The notes beneath the pieces were generated by a model. That model was not told the DNA's origin and did not search any database. It saw only the letters and a list, made by a program, of their open reading frames with translations. This document shows, piece by piece, positions 39,617 through 49,114 of a stretch of 64,000 nucleotides of DNA. This DNA is from Microgenomates group bacterium. Lineage in GTDB: Bacteria > Patescibacteriota > Microgenomatia > UBA12405. Location: assembly GCA_049303675.1 (NCBI GenBank), contig JBAQNJ010000001.1, positions 890,001-954,000 of the forward strand. The letters are read 5' to 3'. The position numbers and the translations under genes are program-made. Positions within the stretch are counted from its first letter, which is position 1, and every line of letters starts with the position of its first letter.

Positions 39617-41089
39617 TTAGCCAAATATTTGTTTGGCAACATCATACATTTCGTCGCCAGACGAATTATTAACTGGAGTCACCGTCTCTACCGGCGTATC
39701 ATTATGAACCACGATGGGCTCTTGTTTACTTTTGGCCAAAACACATTCAAAGACTAACCCTACGTTAAACACCTCTCTCAATCCATGCTCGACTATTTCT
39801 CTATTTTTTTGTTCTTCTAATTTATCCTTGTGAAACGGATAAAAAACTTCACATACCAAATTATTCCCTACCAGTTTCACCGGTCTGACTGCCCGCAAAA
39901 ATGCTTCCACTGAATGATTAAACGGCTTGACTGCCCCCAATACTTTCACCCAATCCTCTGCTACTTTATCCACCCCAAAGCCAACCTTTACATTATTTTT
40001 ACTAACTTTTATTTCTTCACTTGGTTTTTTTTCAATAGCCGCTGGTGTTTGCCCCTCCTCTCCTATGAATTCCACTATTACTAATTCCAGTGGTAGTTGG
40101 GGAATAAACGATTCTGTTTCCATTTTTCCAGCACTAATCAACAGTTGTAATAATTTTTCTAATCTATTTAATTTCAACTCTCCTCCCGTTTGCTCTCCTA
40201 TTCCCAAAGTTCCCAACAACCTCTGCTGAAAATAAACAATCAGCCTCTCTCGAAAACTCTTGAAATCCACTCCTACTTTGGCCATTTTTTCCAATTTTTC
40301 CATGATTTCTTTTAGTTTATTTTGAATCACATCATTTTCAAACTCGCTCTCACTATATTCACCCAGTCTTTTTTCAAAAAAGTTGCTCACTAGCTCTTCT
40401 TTCATCTCTACCCCTGTTTCCATAAATATCTCATTAAATAATTTATGCAAGTTTCTAAAACTCCGGTCACTATTTTGAACTATTTTTTGAAGTACTTCCA
40501 GTTTCACCTTGATTCCCTCACCGACCACTACTCGGGTCAATGAAGCCATCATTTCTTCATCGACTCCTTTCTCAAATCTAATCCGCACCAAGCGCGACAA
40601 AACTGTCTCAGGTAGCTTCTCCTCGTCGGTAGTGCACAATATAAACACTGTTTGTTGTGGTGGTTCCTCGAGTAATTTCAGCAAAGCGTTAAAAGCATCT
40701 CGAGTCATCATGTGCACTTCATCAATTATAAATACCTTCCGTTTTAATCTAGCGGGTGACAAATACGCTCTATCCTTCAACGATCTTGCTTCTTCGATCC
40801 CCCGATTTGAAGCAGCATCAATTTCTATTACGTCCAGACTACTTCCATTAATTATCTCTTGACAGCTGGGACAGGCTCCACAAGGCTCAATCCCTTTTAG
40901 CTTAGTACAATTCAGTACCCGAGCTACTATTCTCGCCGCCGAAGTTTTTCCTGCCCCCTTTGGTCCAGAAAACAACAATGCTTGTGGCATTTCCTTTGAT
41001 TTTAGTAAATTAGTTAAGCTTCTTACTACCGACTGCGAATCTAAATCAGTGATTTTGAGGGGACGATATTTTAATTGGAAAACAGACAT
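39617..41089 (-). CDS. dnaX: DNA polymerase III subunit gamma/tau
   Basis: 490 aa; AAA+ Walker A GPKGAGKTS, zinc module CGACPSC, SRC/sensor motifs. Confidence 0.92.
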   Translation of the reverse strand: MSVFQLKYRPLKITDLDSQSVVRSLTNLLKSKEMPQALLFSGPKGAGKTSAARIVARVLNCTKLKGIEPCGACPSCQEIINGSSLDVIEIDAASNRGIEEARSLKDRAYLSPARLKRKVFIIDEVHMMTRDAFNALLKLLEEPPQQTVFILCTTDEEKLPETVLSRLVRIRFEKGVDEEMMASLTRVVVGEGIKVKLEVLQKIVQNSDRSFRNLHKLFNEIFMETGVEMKEELVSNFFEKRLGEYSESEFENDVIQNKLKEIMEKLEKMAKVGVDFKSFRERLIVYFQQRLLGTLGIGEQTGGELKLNRLEKLLQLLISAGKMETESFIPQLPLELVIVEFIGEEGQTPAAIEKKPSEEIKVSKNNVKVGFGVDKVAEDWVKVLGAVKPFNHSVEAFLRAVRPVKLVGNNLVCEVFYPFHKDKLEEQKNREIVEHGLREVFNVGLVFECVLAKSKQEPIVVHNDTPVETVTPVNNSSGDEMYDVAKQIFG

Positions 41090-41130
41090 CTACTCATTCT
41101 AGCCAAAGCTACCTCGGCTTACAATATTCT

Positions 41131-41493
41131 CTACTGTATCAACAAGTTTTCCACACCATGCTGTAGCCATTCTTCCAGAACTATATTAATAGTTTTATTC
41201 TGGAACTTTGCTTCATATTTTAATTTTTGGCTACATATTACAATATCACCGAGACGTGTCATCCCATCTGCATCAACTACCATACTCATTGGAAACCCCA
41301 ATACTTGGGGAATATATGATTTTCCTCGATATTTTATATTAAGATCTTTTGCCTTTTTACGACCCACAAAAACAATACTCACCTCCACGCCTGATAGTTT
41401 ATTTGTTTTTAGGACTTTTTCTGTCAACACCACTACCCTATTTTCATTCAATCCCCAGTTCTGCGGATGTTTTAACAATATATTATTTCCCAT
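41131..41493 (-). CDS. YbeY-family protein (probably metal-site-degenerate)
   Basis: 120 aa; VSIVFVGRKKAKDLNIKYRGKSYIPQVLGFP matches the YbeY N-terminal region, but the C-terminal H..HG..HL.GYDH metal-binding motif is replaced by LQHGVENLL. Confidence 0.5.
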   Translation of the reverse strand: MGNNILLKHPQNWGLNENRVVVLTEKVLKTNKLSGVEVSIVFVGRKKAKDLNIKYRGKSYIPQVLGFPMSMVVDADGMTRLGDIVICSQKLKYEAKFQNKTINIVLEEWLQHGVENLLIQ

Positions 41494-41494
41494 T

Positions 41495-41932
41495 CTAGTT
41501 ACTAGTTTCTAGTTTCTTTTTTACTATTGGCGCTATCTTTTCCCCTCCTACTCTACCCGCTACCTTGGCCACCACTATTTTCATTACTCCTCCAAAATTA
41601 TTACCCGCCTCAACTATGGCCTCATCGACTATTTTGTCTAATTCTTCTTGAGTCATATCCGATGGCAAATATGATTTAAGTGTCTTTATTTCAAAATCCA
41701 GCTGCTCCACCAAATCCATCCGGTTGCCTTTTAAAAACATTTCTCTCGATTCCTCTTTGTTTTTTAATTCCTTGCGCATTACCGCCATTTCCTCAGCCTC
41801 AGTCATCGCCCCCAGTGGCAATTGCAATTCTCTTTTATCAATTAGAGAAATCAGGAATCGCAATACATCCACCAGAGGCTGATTATGTTCTTTTAAAGCC
41901 GTGATACTATCTTGTTTTAATTTTTCCTTCAT
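41495..41932 (-). CDS. GatB/YqeY-domain protein
   Basis: 145 aa; helical YqeY signature. Confidence 0.75.
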   Translation of the reverse strand: MKEKLKQDSITALKEHNQPLVDVLRFLISLIDKRELQLPLGAMTEAEEMAVMRKELKNKEESREMFLKGNRMDLVEQLDFEIKTLKSYLPSDMTQEELDKIVDEAIVEAGNNFGGVMKIVVAKVAGRVGGEKIAPIVKKKLETSN

Positions 41933-42141
41933 TAATATCTTCTTTTTTTAGCACGACGACGACATTTTTCGCGCCATAAAATAATTTTTTTCTTGGCATA
42001 TCGAGCTTCGGCAGGCTTAGTATAAGCACTGCGCTTACGGACTTCTTCGACAATGTCTTCTTCCATCGACAATCGACGGAATTTACCGATTACATCATCT
42101 TTTGTTTCACCTTTATTTTTTTTGACAATTATTGGCATCAA
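41932..42141 (-). CDS. rpsU: 30S ribosomal protein S21
   Basis: 69 aa; highly basic C-terminus RRRAKKRRY. Confidence 0.85.
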   Translation of the reverse strand: MMPIIVKKNKGETKDDVIGKFRRLSMEEDIVEEVRKRSAYTKPAEARYAKKKIILWREKCRRRAKKRRY

Positions 42142-42169
42142 CTCACCTCCGAGGGAATTTTACCTAGAA

Positions 42170-42832
42170 TTACTTATTTTGTAAACACTTTATCCGATCA
42201 ATGCTATTGACCACCCCATTCTTGTCGTAATCAACATTCCCCATACAGGCACTAGTCGGCACAGACGATGTCGGCATCGGCGTAGTTTTCGAACTACATT
42301 TAATAAAATCAATCGAATTGATGACACCATCATTGTTGTAGTCCACCGTTCGACTACACCCATTGCCATTTGTCGGCACTGGAATAGTGGATGGTGCTAC
42401 AGTAATTGCCGGCTTGCTCGGATCTGGCATATTTGTCGCTGGCTTGGTTTTAAAGGAAAATGGAATACCACTGTTATCATACACTTCCTCCCCCACCCTA
42501 ATTCTAAAGTAATAACTCGTGGCCGGTTTTAACGGATTAATAGTTACTTTGTGACTCACTGTGCTATCCGATTCCAAACTACGCAACAACAAACTTGCCG
42601 GAGTTGTTCCATATTCCACTACCGCTTGAATTGCCTTATCAGTCTGCCAGGTAATTGTCACACTTTTACCATCATCCGCTGGAGTGGCCAAGACTGATTT
42701 TGGCTCAGACCCAGCTGAGGCTCCGCTCAAATATGTTTGAATAGTGCTCATTCCCAAATAGCTCAACACTCCCACCAAACCCAAGATTGTCATCACAATC
42801 ACTGTTTTTACACTGACTTTTCCACTTTTCAT
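42170..42832 (-). CDS. membrane-anchored surface protein with FN3-like module and a dockerin-like repeat pair
   Basis: 220 aa; signal anchor; ITWQTD...YGTT...YYFRIR FN3-like block; two Ca-loop repeats VDYNNDGVINSIDFIKC and VDYDKNGVVNSIDRIKC. Confidence 0.6.
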   Translation of the reverse strand: MKSGKVSVKTVIVMTILGLVGVLSYLGMSTIQTYLSGASAGSEPKSVLATPADDGKSVTITWQTDKAIQAVVEYGTTPASLLLRSLESDSTVSHKVTINPLKPATSYYFRIRVGEEVYDNSGIPFSFKTKPATNMPDPSKPAITVAPSTIPVPTNGNGCSRTVDYNNDGVINSIDFIKCSSKTTPMPTSSVPTSACMGNVDYDKNGVVNSIDRIKCLQNK

Positions 42833-43518
42833 AGTAATCCAAAAAACACTGCTGACAGTATGCTGACTAGCCCGAACACTACCAAAATTACTGTATTTTC
42901 AATCACTCCAGTCTGAGGTAATGCAGTAGTCGTTGCCGGCACTGGAGTAGCCGTGGCCACCGCAGTCGTATCCCCACCTGTACCTGCTGCAATAGTATAT
43001 GATCCACTCTGGTTAGCAGTACAATCAACCACGTCATTTCCCGTTTGGGAGATAATATTCGTCTCTACCACTGATCCTGCGAGACAAGTGTAATTAAATG
43101 TAGCCGTCCCCACCGCTTTTGGTTTAAAAGTTACTTTTAGTAATTCATGCTTGGCCACATTGCCTGTCAGTACACTCTGATTAAGTGGTGTTAGGGTTAC
43201 TTCAAAAACTCCGGTATCATTGTGAATAATTGCCTGACCACTAGTATATGAAAACAAATAGCCATCATCAGGGATCACCCCTTTCTCAATCGAAACTACT
43301 TCCAGTTTTGAACTGTCGAAGCTCGCCTTAATATCTATTCCCACCACTTTTTCTGTATCTGAATCAACTCCCATTACCACAGTAAAATTTTGACCCACAG
43401 TTTGACTACCGCTTGCTGGTGTCAGAGTAAAATGGGGAGTGGCATAGGCCATTATTGGCATAGCCAAGGCAATTACCCCACTGGCAACCATCGACCCCAT
43501 TAGTTTCTTTAAGTTCAT
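42829..43518 (-). CDS. cohesin-like domain protein with C-terminal LPXTG cell-wall sorting signal
   Basis: 229 aa; signal peptide; GQNFTVVMGVDSDTEKVVGIDIKASFDSSKLEVVSIEKG resembles the cohesin core; C-terminus LPQTG + hydrophobic helix. Confidence 0.6.
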   Translation of the reverse strand: MNLKKLMGSMVASGVIALAMPIMAYATPHFTLTPASGSQTVGQNFTVVMGVDSDTEKVVGIDIKASFDSSKLEVVSIEKGVIPDDGYLFSYTSGQAIIHNDTGVFEVTLTPLNQSVLTGNVAKHELLKVTFKPKAVGTATFNYTCLAGSVVETNIISQTGNDVVDCTANQSGSYTIAAGTGGDTTAVATATPVPATTTALPQTGVIENTVILVVFGLVSILSAVFFGLL

Positions 43519-43519
43519 T

Positions 43520-44134
43520 TTACTCAGTTACATTAATCATTAATTTATTGGCAGAAAAGGTCAGCGATTTACTAGTTCCATTCTCTACAATCATAGTAGC
43601 AGATTCTTTCATTTCTTTACCAGTACTTATTTCAAAACTCGAAGTGCCTGACTTGAGCATTTTTGCCTTGAAACTCAACAAAACTAGTTCATCTTTTGCA
43701 GGTAACAACAACCCTTTTGGACTCGAGATCAAATAATTGGCAACCAAAAGACTTCTCAGTGTACTCACCTTACTAAATGCTGGCTCTGGCAGTTTTTTAT
43801 CAAATTCCAATGTTTTGACATCGACCGCATTTGGATCATATTTTACATACACATTTACCGAATCCAGAGACTTCTCGACTTTACCCAACATTGACACTTT
43901 GACATCAACACTTTCTCCGACTTTGGCATCAGCCACATCACTTGATATCACTATCTGATAATCCTCATCACCAGTCTTTGCCACTGGTTCGCTGGTCACA
44001 ACTGGAGCAACAACAGCCGGTACAACCACCACTGGTTTTTTGTCATTAGCTCTACTAATCAATAGTACACTTTCCGCCAACACAATTACGGCGATTACTG
44101 GAACAAGATATTTTAATAAATTATTTTGATTCAT
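43520..44134 (-). CDS. membrane-anchored cohesin-like domain protein
   Basis: 204 aa; N-terminal TM anchor, PV-rich linker, YQIVISSDVADAKVGESVDVKVSML...VNVYVKYDPNAVDVKTLEF cohesin-like block. Confidence 0.5.
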   Translation of the reverse strand: MNQNNLLKYLVPVIAVIVLAESVLLISRANDKKPVVVVPAVVAPVVTSEPVAKTGDEDYQIVISSDVADAKVGESVDVKVSMLGKVEKSLDSVNVYVKYDPNAVDVKTLEFDKKLPEPAFSKVSTLRSLLVANYLISSPKGLLLPAKDELVLLSFKAKMLKSGTSSFEISTGKEMKESATMIVENGTSKSLTFSANKLMINVTE

Positions 44135-44148
44135 ATATTTTATAACTT

Positions 44149-45528
44149 CTAATACAACTGTCCTTGCTTAACACTCAACGACAGCATCATGTTTGACAAA
44201 TCCTGTGATTCCATTTTGCAGTTTCCATTCATGTCTGCCGTCATGTATCCACCATCAGCCACTTCAGTTCTCTTCACTGCTTCAGATTTGATATAAGAGA
44301 AATCCAATCCGTCTACCACCCCATCCTGAACATTATTGGATCCCGTCACATCTCCCATCAATAATGGGTATTTTGTAAAATCAAATCCCTTTGTAGTGTC
44401 TAAGTTATTGGTCAAACCCGATAATTCACCTCCAGCTTGGTTATAAAATACGTCTTGACCATCTTTACCATATTTTACTTGTAAACTCTTTGGACTTTTT
44501 ATAAATACAGAAATATTATCTTTAAAATCAAAACCAGTTAAAGGAACATATACTCCATATACTCCACCACCAACAATTCTTGCCATAATATTTGAATAAG
44601 TCTTATTTACACCAGTTGCAGAACGAACAGTAACAGATAACGGGGTTTTATCAGCAGTTGCACATTTTGCATTCTCATCTACACCATAAAACCTCATTCT
44701 AAAATAGAGCATCAAATCACTACTACTCACTGGCGTAGTTGGAGTCACGCTAGGGCACTTGGTCATATCAGTTGTCCATTGGCCATCTTTGACAGGACAA
44801 CAATAATTAATGTTGTTACACGGCTCTACTCTCCCGGCAGTATTACAAATACTATCTTTACTGGTGCCATCACCATCGGGTGGAGTACAACTTTTTAAAA
44901 TTCCATCACTCGCCGGACATGCCTGATGACAGGTTGGCGGGATTGTTGGTAATACCACCTCTTCTCCTACTGTATAGCTGGCTGCAGTAACCGATGTTAC
45001 TTCCAAACTATTGTCAGTTGCCCCAGCCGATGGGTTATAGCCACCCACCTTAGTGTTTGCCTGTTTTATGGTTATTTGACCACTTGCTTGCGCCACAGCA
45101 TCAAACTTGATATCAGCAATTTTTACCATCCCCGACTTAAGATCTGTTGGCTTCATAGTTGCCCCTGCCAATGCCACAATCCGCACACAGTTATTGTTTA
45201 GACTCACATCCACCAAATCTTTCAAGACTGCAGTATTTAAAATAACCTGACTCTCTAAATTATTGGCATCAAGTGACAAGCCATTACCATAACAAACTAC
45301 AGTATCAATCGAGCTAACCTTGGCTCCATTAGCAGTCTCCATAAATAATTGAACATTTGCCTTCTCCCCCACACCCCCCAATATAGATTCAGGTTGTAGC
45401 AATAATTTTGTACCCGCAAAATAGGCGCCCCTCTCTGTATTAGCATTTTGTCTAACAAGTAGTACTCCTCCCACTAGGGCAGCCATCATCAGTATCGAAA
45501 ACAAGATGTTTATTTTTTTATTATTCAT
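44149..45528 (-). CDS. large secreted modular protein (cohesin-like N-domain, Cys-rich middle, dockerin-like C-terminus)
   Basis: 459 aa; signal anchor; ANVQLFMETANGAKVSSIDTVVCYGNGLSLD block; Cys-rich segment; C-terminal GDVTGSNNVQDGVVDGLDFSYIKS and ADMNGNCKMESQDLSNMMLSL repeats. Confidence 0.5.
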   Translation of the reverse strand: MNNKKINILFSILMMAALVGGVLLVRQNANTERGAYFAGTKLLLQPESILGGVGEKANVQLFMETANGAKVSSIDTVVCYGNGLSLDANNLESQVILNTAVLKDLVDVSLNNNCVRIVALAGATMKPTDLKSGMVKIADIKFDAVAQASGQITIKQANTKVGGYNPSAGATDNSLEVTSVTAASYTVGEEVVLPTIPPTCHQACPASDGILKSCTPPDGDGTSKDSICNTAGRVEPCNNINYCCPVKDGQWTTDMTKCPSVTPTTPVSSSDLMLYFRMRFYGVDENAKCATADKTPLSVTVRSATGVNKTYSNIMARIVGGGVYGVYVPLTGFDFKDNISVFIKSPKSLQVKYGKDGQDVFYNQAGGELSGLTNNLDTTKGFDFTKYPLLMGDVTGSNNVQDGVVDGLDFSYIKSEAVKRTEVADGGYMTADMNGNCKMESQDLSNMMLSLSVKQGQLY

Positions 45529-45539
45529 ATTTTTATCCT

Positions 45540-47564
45540 TTAAAATAATTCACTAAAATATTTTTGCCACAAAGAGAAGTCGTAAACATCTACTACTCCG
45601 TCACATTTGCCCTTAGGTCCAGTGAAATCAGCATTCCAATTTTTACTGGAATCTGCTCCCTTGTTGCCATCAAAGAACTCTTTGTGCCAGAGCGAATAAT
45701 CGGTAACGTCGATACTCCCATCACAGTTGGCATCACCCTTGCCTTTACCCTTAAACGTTGGCTTGGTCACACCACTACACTTTGCCTCGGCCACTTTGGT
45801 GAATCCATTCATAGCATAGCCATTCACAAACCATTGGTATTCATTACCATTCTGGTAACAATTGAATACTTTGGGACACTCCTTACAGCTATTATTTCCA
45901 CCACCATTACCCCCTGGAGTCGCCGTTGGCTTTATTGTCGGAGTATTGGTAGCTGTATTGCCACCAGATCCCCTAGTTGGAGTGGCTGTTGCCCGGGGAG
46001 TAGCTGTTGCTACAATTCTACCGCACGAATTTGGACATAGTTTTCCATTATCTGGCTGAACGGCTGCACTCGACTTCCAACATTGGCCAGAATTACAATT
46101 ATCTGCACAATAACAGCTAGTCACTCTCGTCGGCGTCGCTGTTGGAATTTTTGTGGGAGTATTGGTAACCACACATACCTTGATTCCAGCCTGTGTTTTT
46201 CCGCAATTATCCACGCAAGTTTGACCAGTACATGTTGCCCTTGAACAAACTCCATTTGTGACACATGAAGAGACACAAGTATATGTTCCTCTATCAGCGA
46301 TACCAGAGTGAACACAGGTTTCACCAGACTTACACGCTGGACTACATCCTTCCACTGGTGGCTTTGGTGTCGATGTAGGGGTCCCTGGCAAACAAGTACA
46401 TGCTCCACCAGCCACCCCAGAACAATATCCAGCCGTCGATCCTCTCATACACGTATCCCCTGGTGCTTTATTTGAACAAAATCCTTCACTTGTCCACGAA
46501 TTACATTTTGTTGGTTTTGTCGGTGTAGCTGTAGGAGTACATGTCCCCACATCAACCCAATGTGACCATGGAGCGCCACTCGTTGTACTTGTTTGACAAA
46601 CACTTTTTCGACCACCCTCACATTTCGTGGCACCTCCGCTACATTCATTAATTAATATTGTCGGTGTTGGAGATCCACAAGCAGTAGTTGTTTTTTTATA
46701 ACGGCAGCTACTAAACAATACACATTCGCACACTTGTTGTAATCCGTCGACACATCTTGAGGCTGAATTATTCCAACTACAAGCCATAGGGTCAACAGTC
46801 GGTTTTGGAGTATTAGTTGGCAATGCGCCACACCCAGTTCCAGTTACCCAACCAACAGGATAAAGTCCTTCTGTAAACCAACCACATTCTTTACCAGAAG
46901 ATAAGTTTGTCGAACAGTAACATTTTTGAGGAATTGGCGTCGCTGTTGGCTTCGGAATTGTTGGTGTAGAGGTGGGCATAGGGGCACAATTCGTACCATC
47001 CGCTGCACACTTACCCGAAACACAAGGTGAAAAATATTGTGGAGTATTATTATAAGCAAGACATGTGTACAAACTCCCTTTATCACAAATTCTTCCTGTA
47101 GTGTTGCCGGTACATTTAGTTGGGTTTACGGTAGGAATAATTGTCGCGACCTGTTTTGGAGTGGCAGTTGCCGCCGTACATACTTTTGTCCCCTGAACTG
47201 TTTTTCCGCAATTATCCACACAAGTTTGATTTGAACAGGTTGCCTTGGCACAAGTTCCGTTAGACACACAACCGGCTGGTTTGGGTGTTGCTGTGGCTGC
47301 AAGCTTTTTCGTAGGAGTGGCTGTCGGAGGTTTGGTACCGGGAACAATACACTTATATCCAGTCTGTGCACTACAAATCATCCCATCATAACAGGCAGGA
47401 CATGACGCTGCTTTACCCTGATTCGCTTGATTTTGTTGTGACAGTTGTGTGGCCACTGGTATTGCCAATGCCATTAGTAGTAGTCCAATCATTAGAGGAA
47501 TTTGGGCTAATCCATCCTGTTTACTCAGTAATCCAATCAGTTTCTTCAAAATTTTGTTTATCAT
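45540..47564 (-). CDS. large Cys/Thr/Pro-rich secreted protein with internal repeated Cys modules and C-terminal dockerin-like repeat pair
   Basis: 674 aa; N-terminal hydrophobic anchor; module C..NGTC..ATC..QTCVDNCGKT..G.KVC occurs twice; PT-rich linkers; C-terminal DANCDGSIDVTDYSLW and GKCDGVVDVYDFSLW. Confidence 0.55.
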   Translation of the reverse strand: MINKILKKLIGLLSKQDGLAQIPLMIGLLLMALAIPVATQLSQQNQANQGKAASCPACYDGMICSAQTGYKCIVPGTKPPTATPTKKLAATATPKPAGCVSNGTCAKATCSNQTCVDNCGKTVQGTKVCTAATATPKQVATIIPTVNPTKCTGNTTGRICDKGSLYTCLAYNNTPQYFSPCVSGKCAADGTNCAPMPTSTPTIPKPTATPIPQKCYCSTNLSSGKECGWFTEGLYPVGWVTGTGCGALPTNTPKPTVDPMACSWNNSASRCVDGLQQVCECVLFSSCRYKKTTTACGSPTPTILINECSGGATKCEGGRKSVCQTSTTSGAPWSHWVDVGTCTPTATPTKPTKCNSWTSEGFCSNKAPGDTCMRGSTAGYCSGVAGGACTCLPGTPTSTPKPPVEGCSPACKSGETCVHSGIADRGTYTCVSSCVTNGVCSRATCTGQTCVDNCGKTQAGIKVCVVTNTPTKIPTATPTRVTSCYCADNCNSGQCWKSSAAVQPDNGKLCPNSCGRIVATATPRATATPTRGSGGNTATNTPTIKPTATPGGNGGGNNSCKECPKVFNCYQNGNEYQWFVNGYAMNGFTKVAEAKCSGVTKPTFKGKGKGDANCDGSIDVTDYSLWHKEFFDGNKGADSSKNWNADFTGPKGKCDGVVDVYDFSLWQKYFSELF

Positions 47565-47697
47565 TCTAAAATATTTGTCTACTAATACAAAAAGTTAACC
47601 ACTTTTCCCCTAGCTGGTCAATATATCAATTATATTCAGCCACTATATCATCAGCTTTTATTCAGAATTATTTGTTCTATATTTTGTATACTAAATT

Positions 47698-49032
47698 ATG
47701 AAAAGCCGCTGGAACCTAGTTAAAACCATACTATTAGTAGTAATGTTACCTTTTGTTATATTGGCCGTCAAAAAAGTCTACGACCTGCGCAAAAGTGCTG
47801 CCGGCACCCCTGCTGACATTGTCATTGATGTCAAAAGTCGTCAGGGACCAGTCCCCTCGACTCTCTGGCAAAATTTATCCCAAGGCGGTGAAGAGCCCCT
47901 CGATATGATCAAGCCAGTGATTGGGCAAATTCGCACCCTCTCCCCCAAGCTAATTCGCATCGACCATATTTTTGATTACTTCAAAGTCGATCAAGGTAAT
48001 GGTAAATATGATTTCTCTCGACTCGACGAAGCCGTCAACAGTATCCTCCTTACCGGTGCTCGTCCTATGCTCTCAATCTCCTACACCCCAGACTCCAAAG
48101 CGCCCAGTGACTGGAATCAATGGTCCGCCCTAGTCCGCGCTACCGCCCGTCATTATTCAATTGATAAAAAAATAGACGGTATCTATTATGAAGTCTGGAA
48201 TGAGCCCGATCTTTTTGGCGGCTGGCATTACGCCCGCGACCCCAATTACTCGACACTATATATATATACTTCTCGAGCCATAGTCGAGGGTGCCTCCGGC
48301 ACCAGCTTTAAAGTCGGTGGCCCCGCCATTACTGCCTACTACAGTAACTGGATCAAATCTCTTTTTGCTACCGCCAAGACTAACCAGCTTCGACTCGATT
48401 TTATATCCTGGCACAAATACAGCAAAGATATCGAAGATTACAATGCTGATTTTGAAAACCTCAACACAATTTTGTCCGATTATCCCCAATATTTTGATAT
48501 CGAACGAATCATCACCGAGGTAGGACCCAATCCCGAGCCCGATGCCTGGTACGACAATAACCTCTCTGGTATTCACCTTATTGCCTTGTCTACCAATTTA
48601 GTAGGTAAAATTCATCGTATCTTTACTTTTGAACCAATCGACGGCCCCACCCCTCGATCTGCTGTCTCCACCGGCTGGGGAATTATCAGCCACGACCTAA
48701 AACCTAAGCCTCGTTTTTACGCCCTCCAGTTTCTCAACCAGCTCACCGGCACTCAATTATCCTCCACTGGCAACGGCTCTTGGGTTAGTAGTCTCGCCTC
48801 GCTCGACAAAAATATTATCAAAATATTAATTGTAAATTATGATAAAAACCTCACTCATGCCGAGACTTTCCCGTTAACTATTCAAAACCTCGAAATAGGC
48901 AACTATCAGATGAAAACTACCAGATATATGGGCAAATCTACCACCAAAAAAATCACCACTACCCATAATTATCGGGAAATGATCTATCTCGAGCCCAACA
49001 CCGCCATTTTGATTGAATTAACCAAAATATAA
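47698..49032 (+). CDS. membrane-anchored clan GH-A glycoside hydrolase (GH39/GH5-like (beta/alpha)8 enzyme)
   Basis: 444 aa; N-terminal TM helix; YEVWNEPD (acid/base Glu in the NEP motif) and IITEVG (nucleophile Glu) at the positions expected for clan GH-A. Confidence 0.6.
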   Translation: MKSRWNLVKTILLVVMLPFVILAVKKVYDLRKSAAGTPADIVIDVKSRQGPVPSTLWQNLSQGGEEPLDMIKPVIGQIRTLSPKLIRIDHIFDYFKVDQGNGKYDFSRLDEAVNSILLTGARPMLSISYTPDSKAPSDWNQWSALVRATARHYSIDKKIDGIYYEVWNEPDLFGGWHYARDPNYSTLYIYTSRAIVEGASGTSFKVGGPAITAYYSNWIKSLFATAKTNQLRLDFISWHKYSKDIEDYNADFENLNTILSDYPQYFDIERIITEVGPNPEPDAWYDNNLSGIHLIALSTNLVGKIHRIFTFEPIDGPTPRSAVSTGWGIISHDLKPKPRFYALQFLNQLTGTQLSSTGNGSWVSSLASLDKNIIKILIVNYDKNLTHAETFPLTIQNLEIGNYQMKTTRYMGKSTTKKITTTHNYREMIYLEPNTAILIELTKI

Positions 49033-49114
49033 AGTCTTTTTGTTTTTCAATTTCTGTTAAATTATTAAATTCTGTTAAATTTTATTTCGTTTTCTATCTG
49101 TTACAATTAAACCC

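Noticed and set aside
45564-47569. Cluster of about 12 overlapping ORFs on both strands between 45.5 and 47.6 kb
   Set aside because: They are artefacts of the repetitive, GC-shifted Cys/Thr/Pro codon composition of the single 674-aa minus-strand gene. None has start/stop context or domain content of its own.
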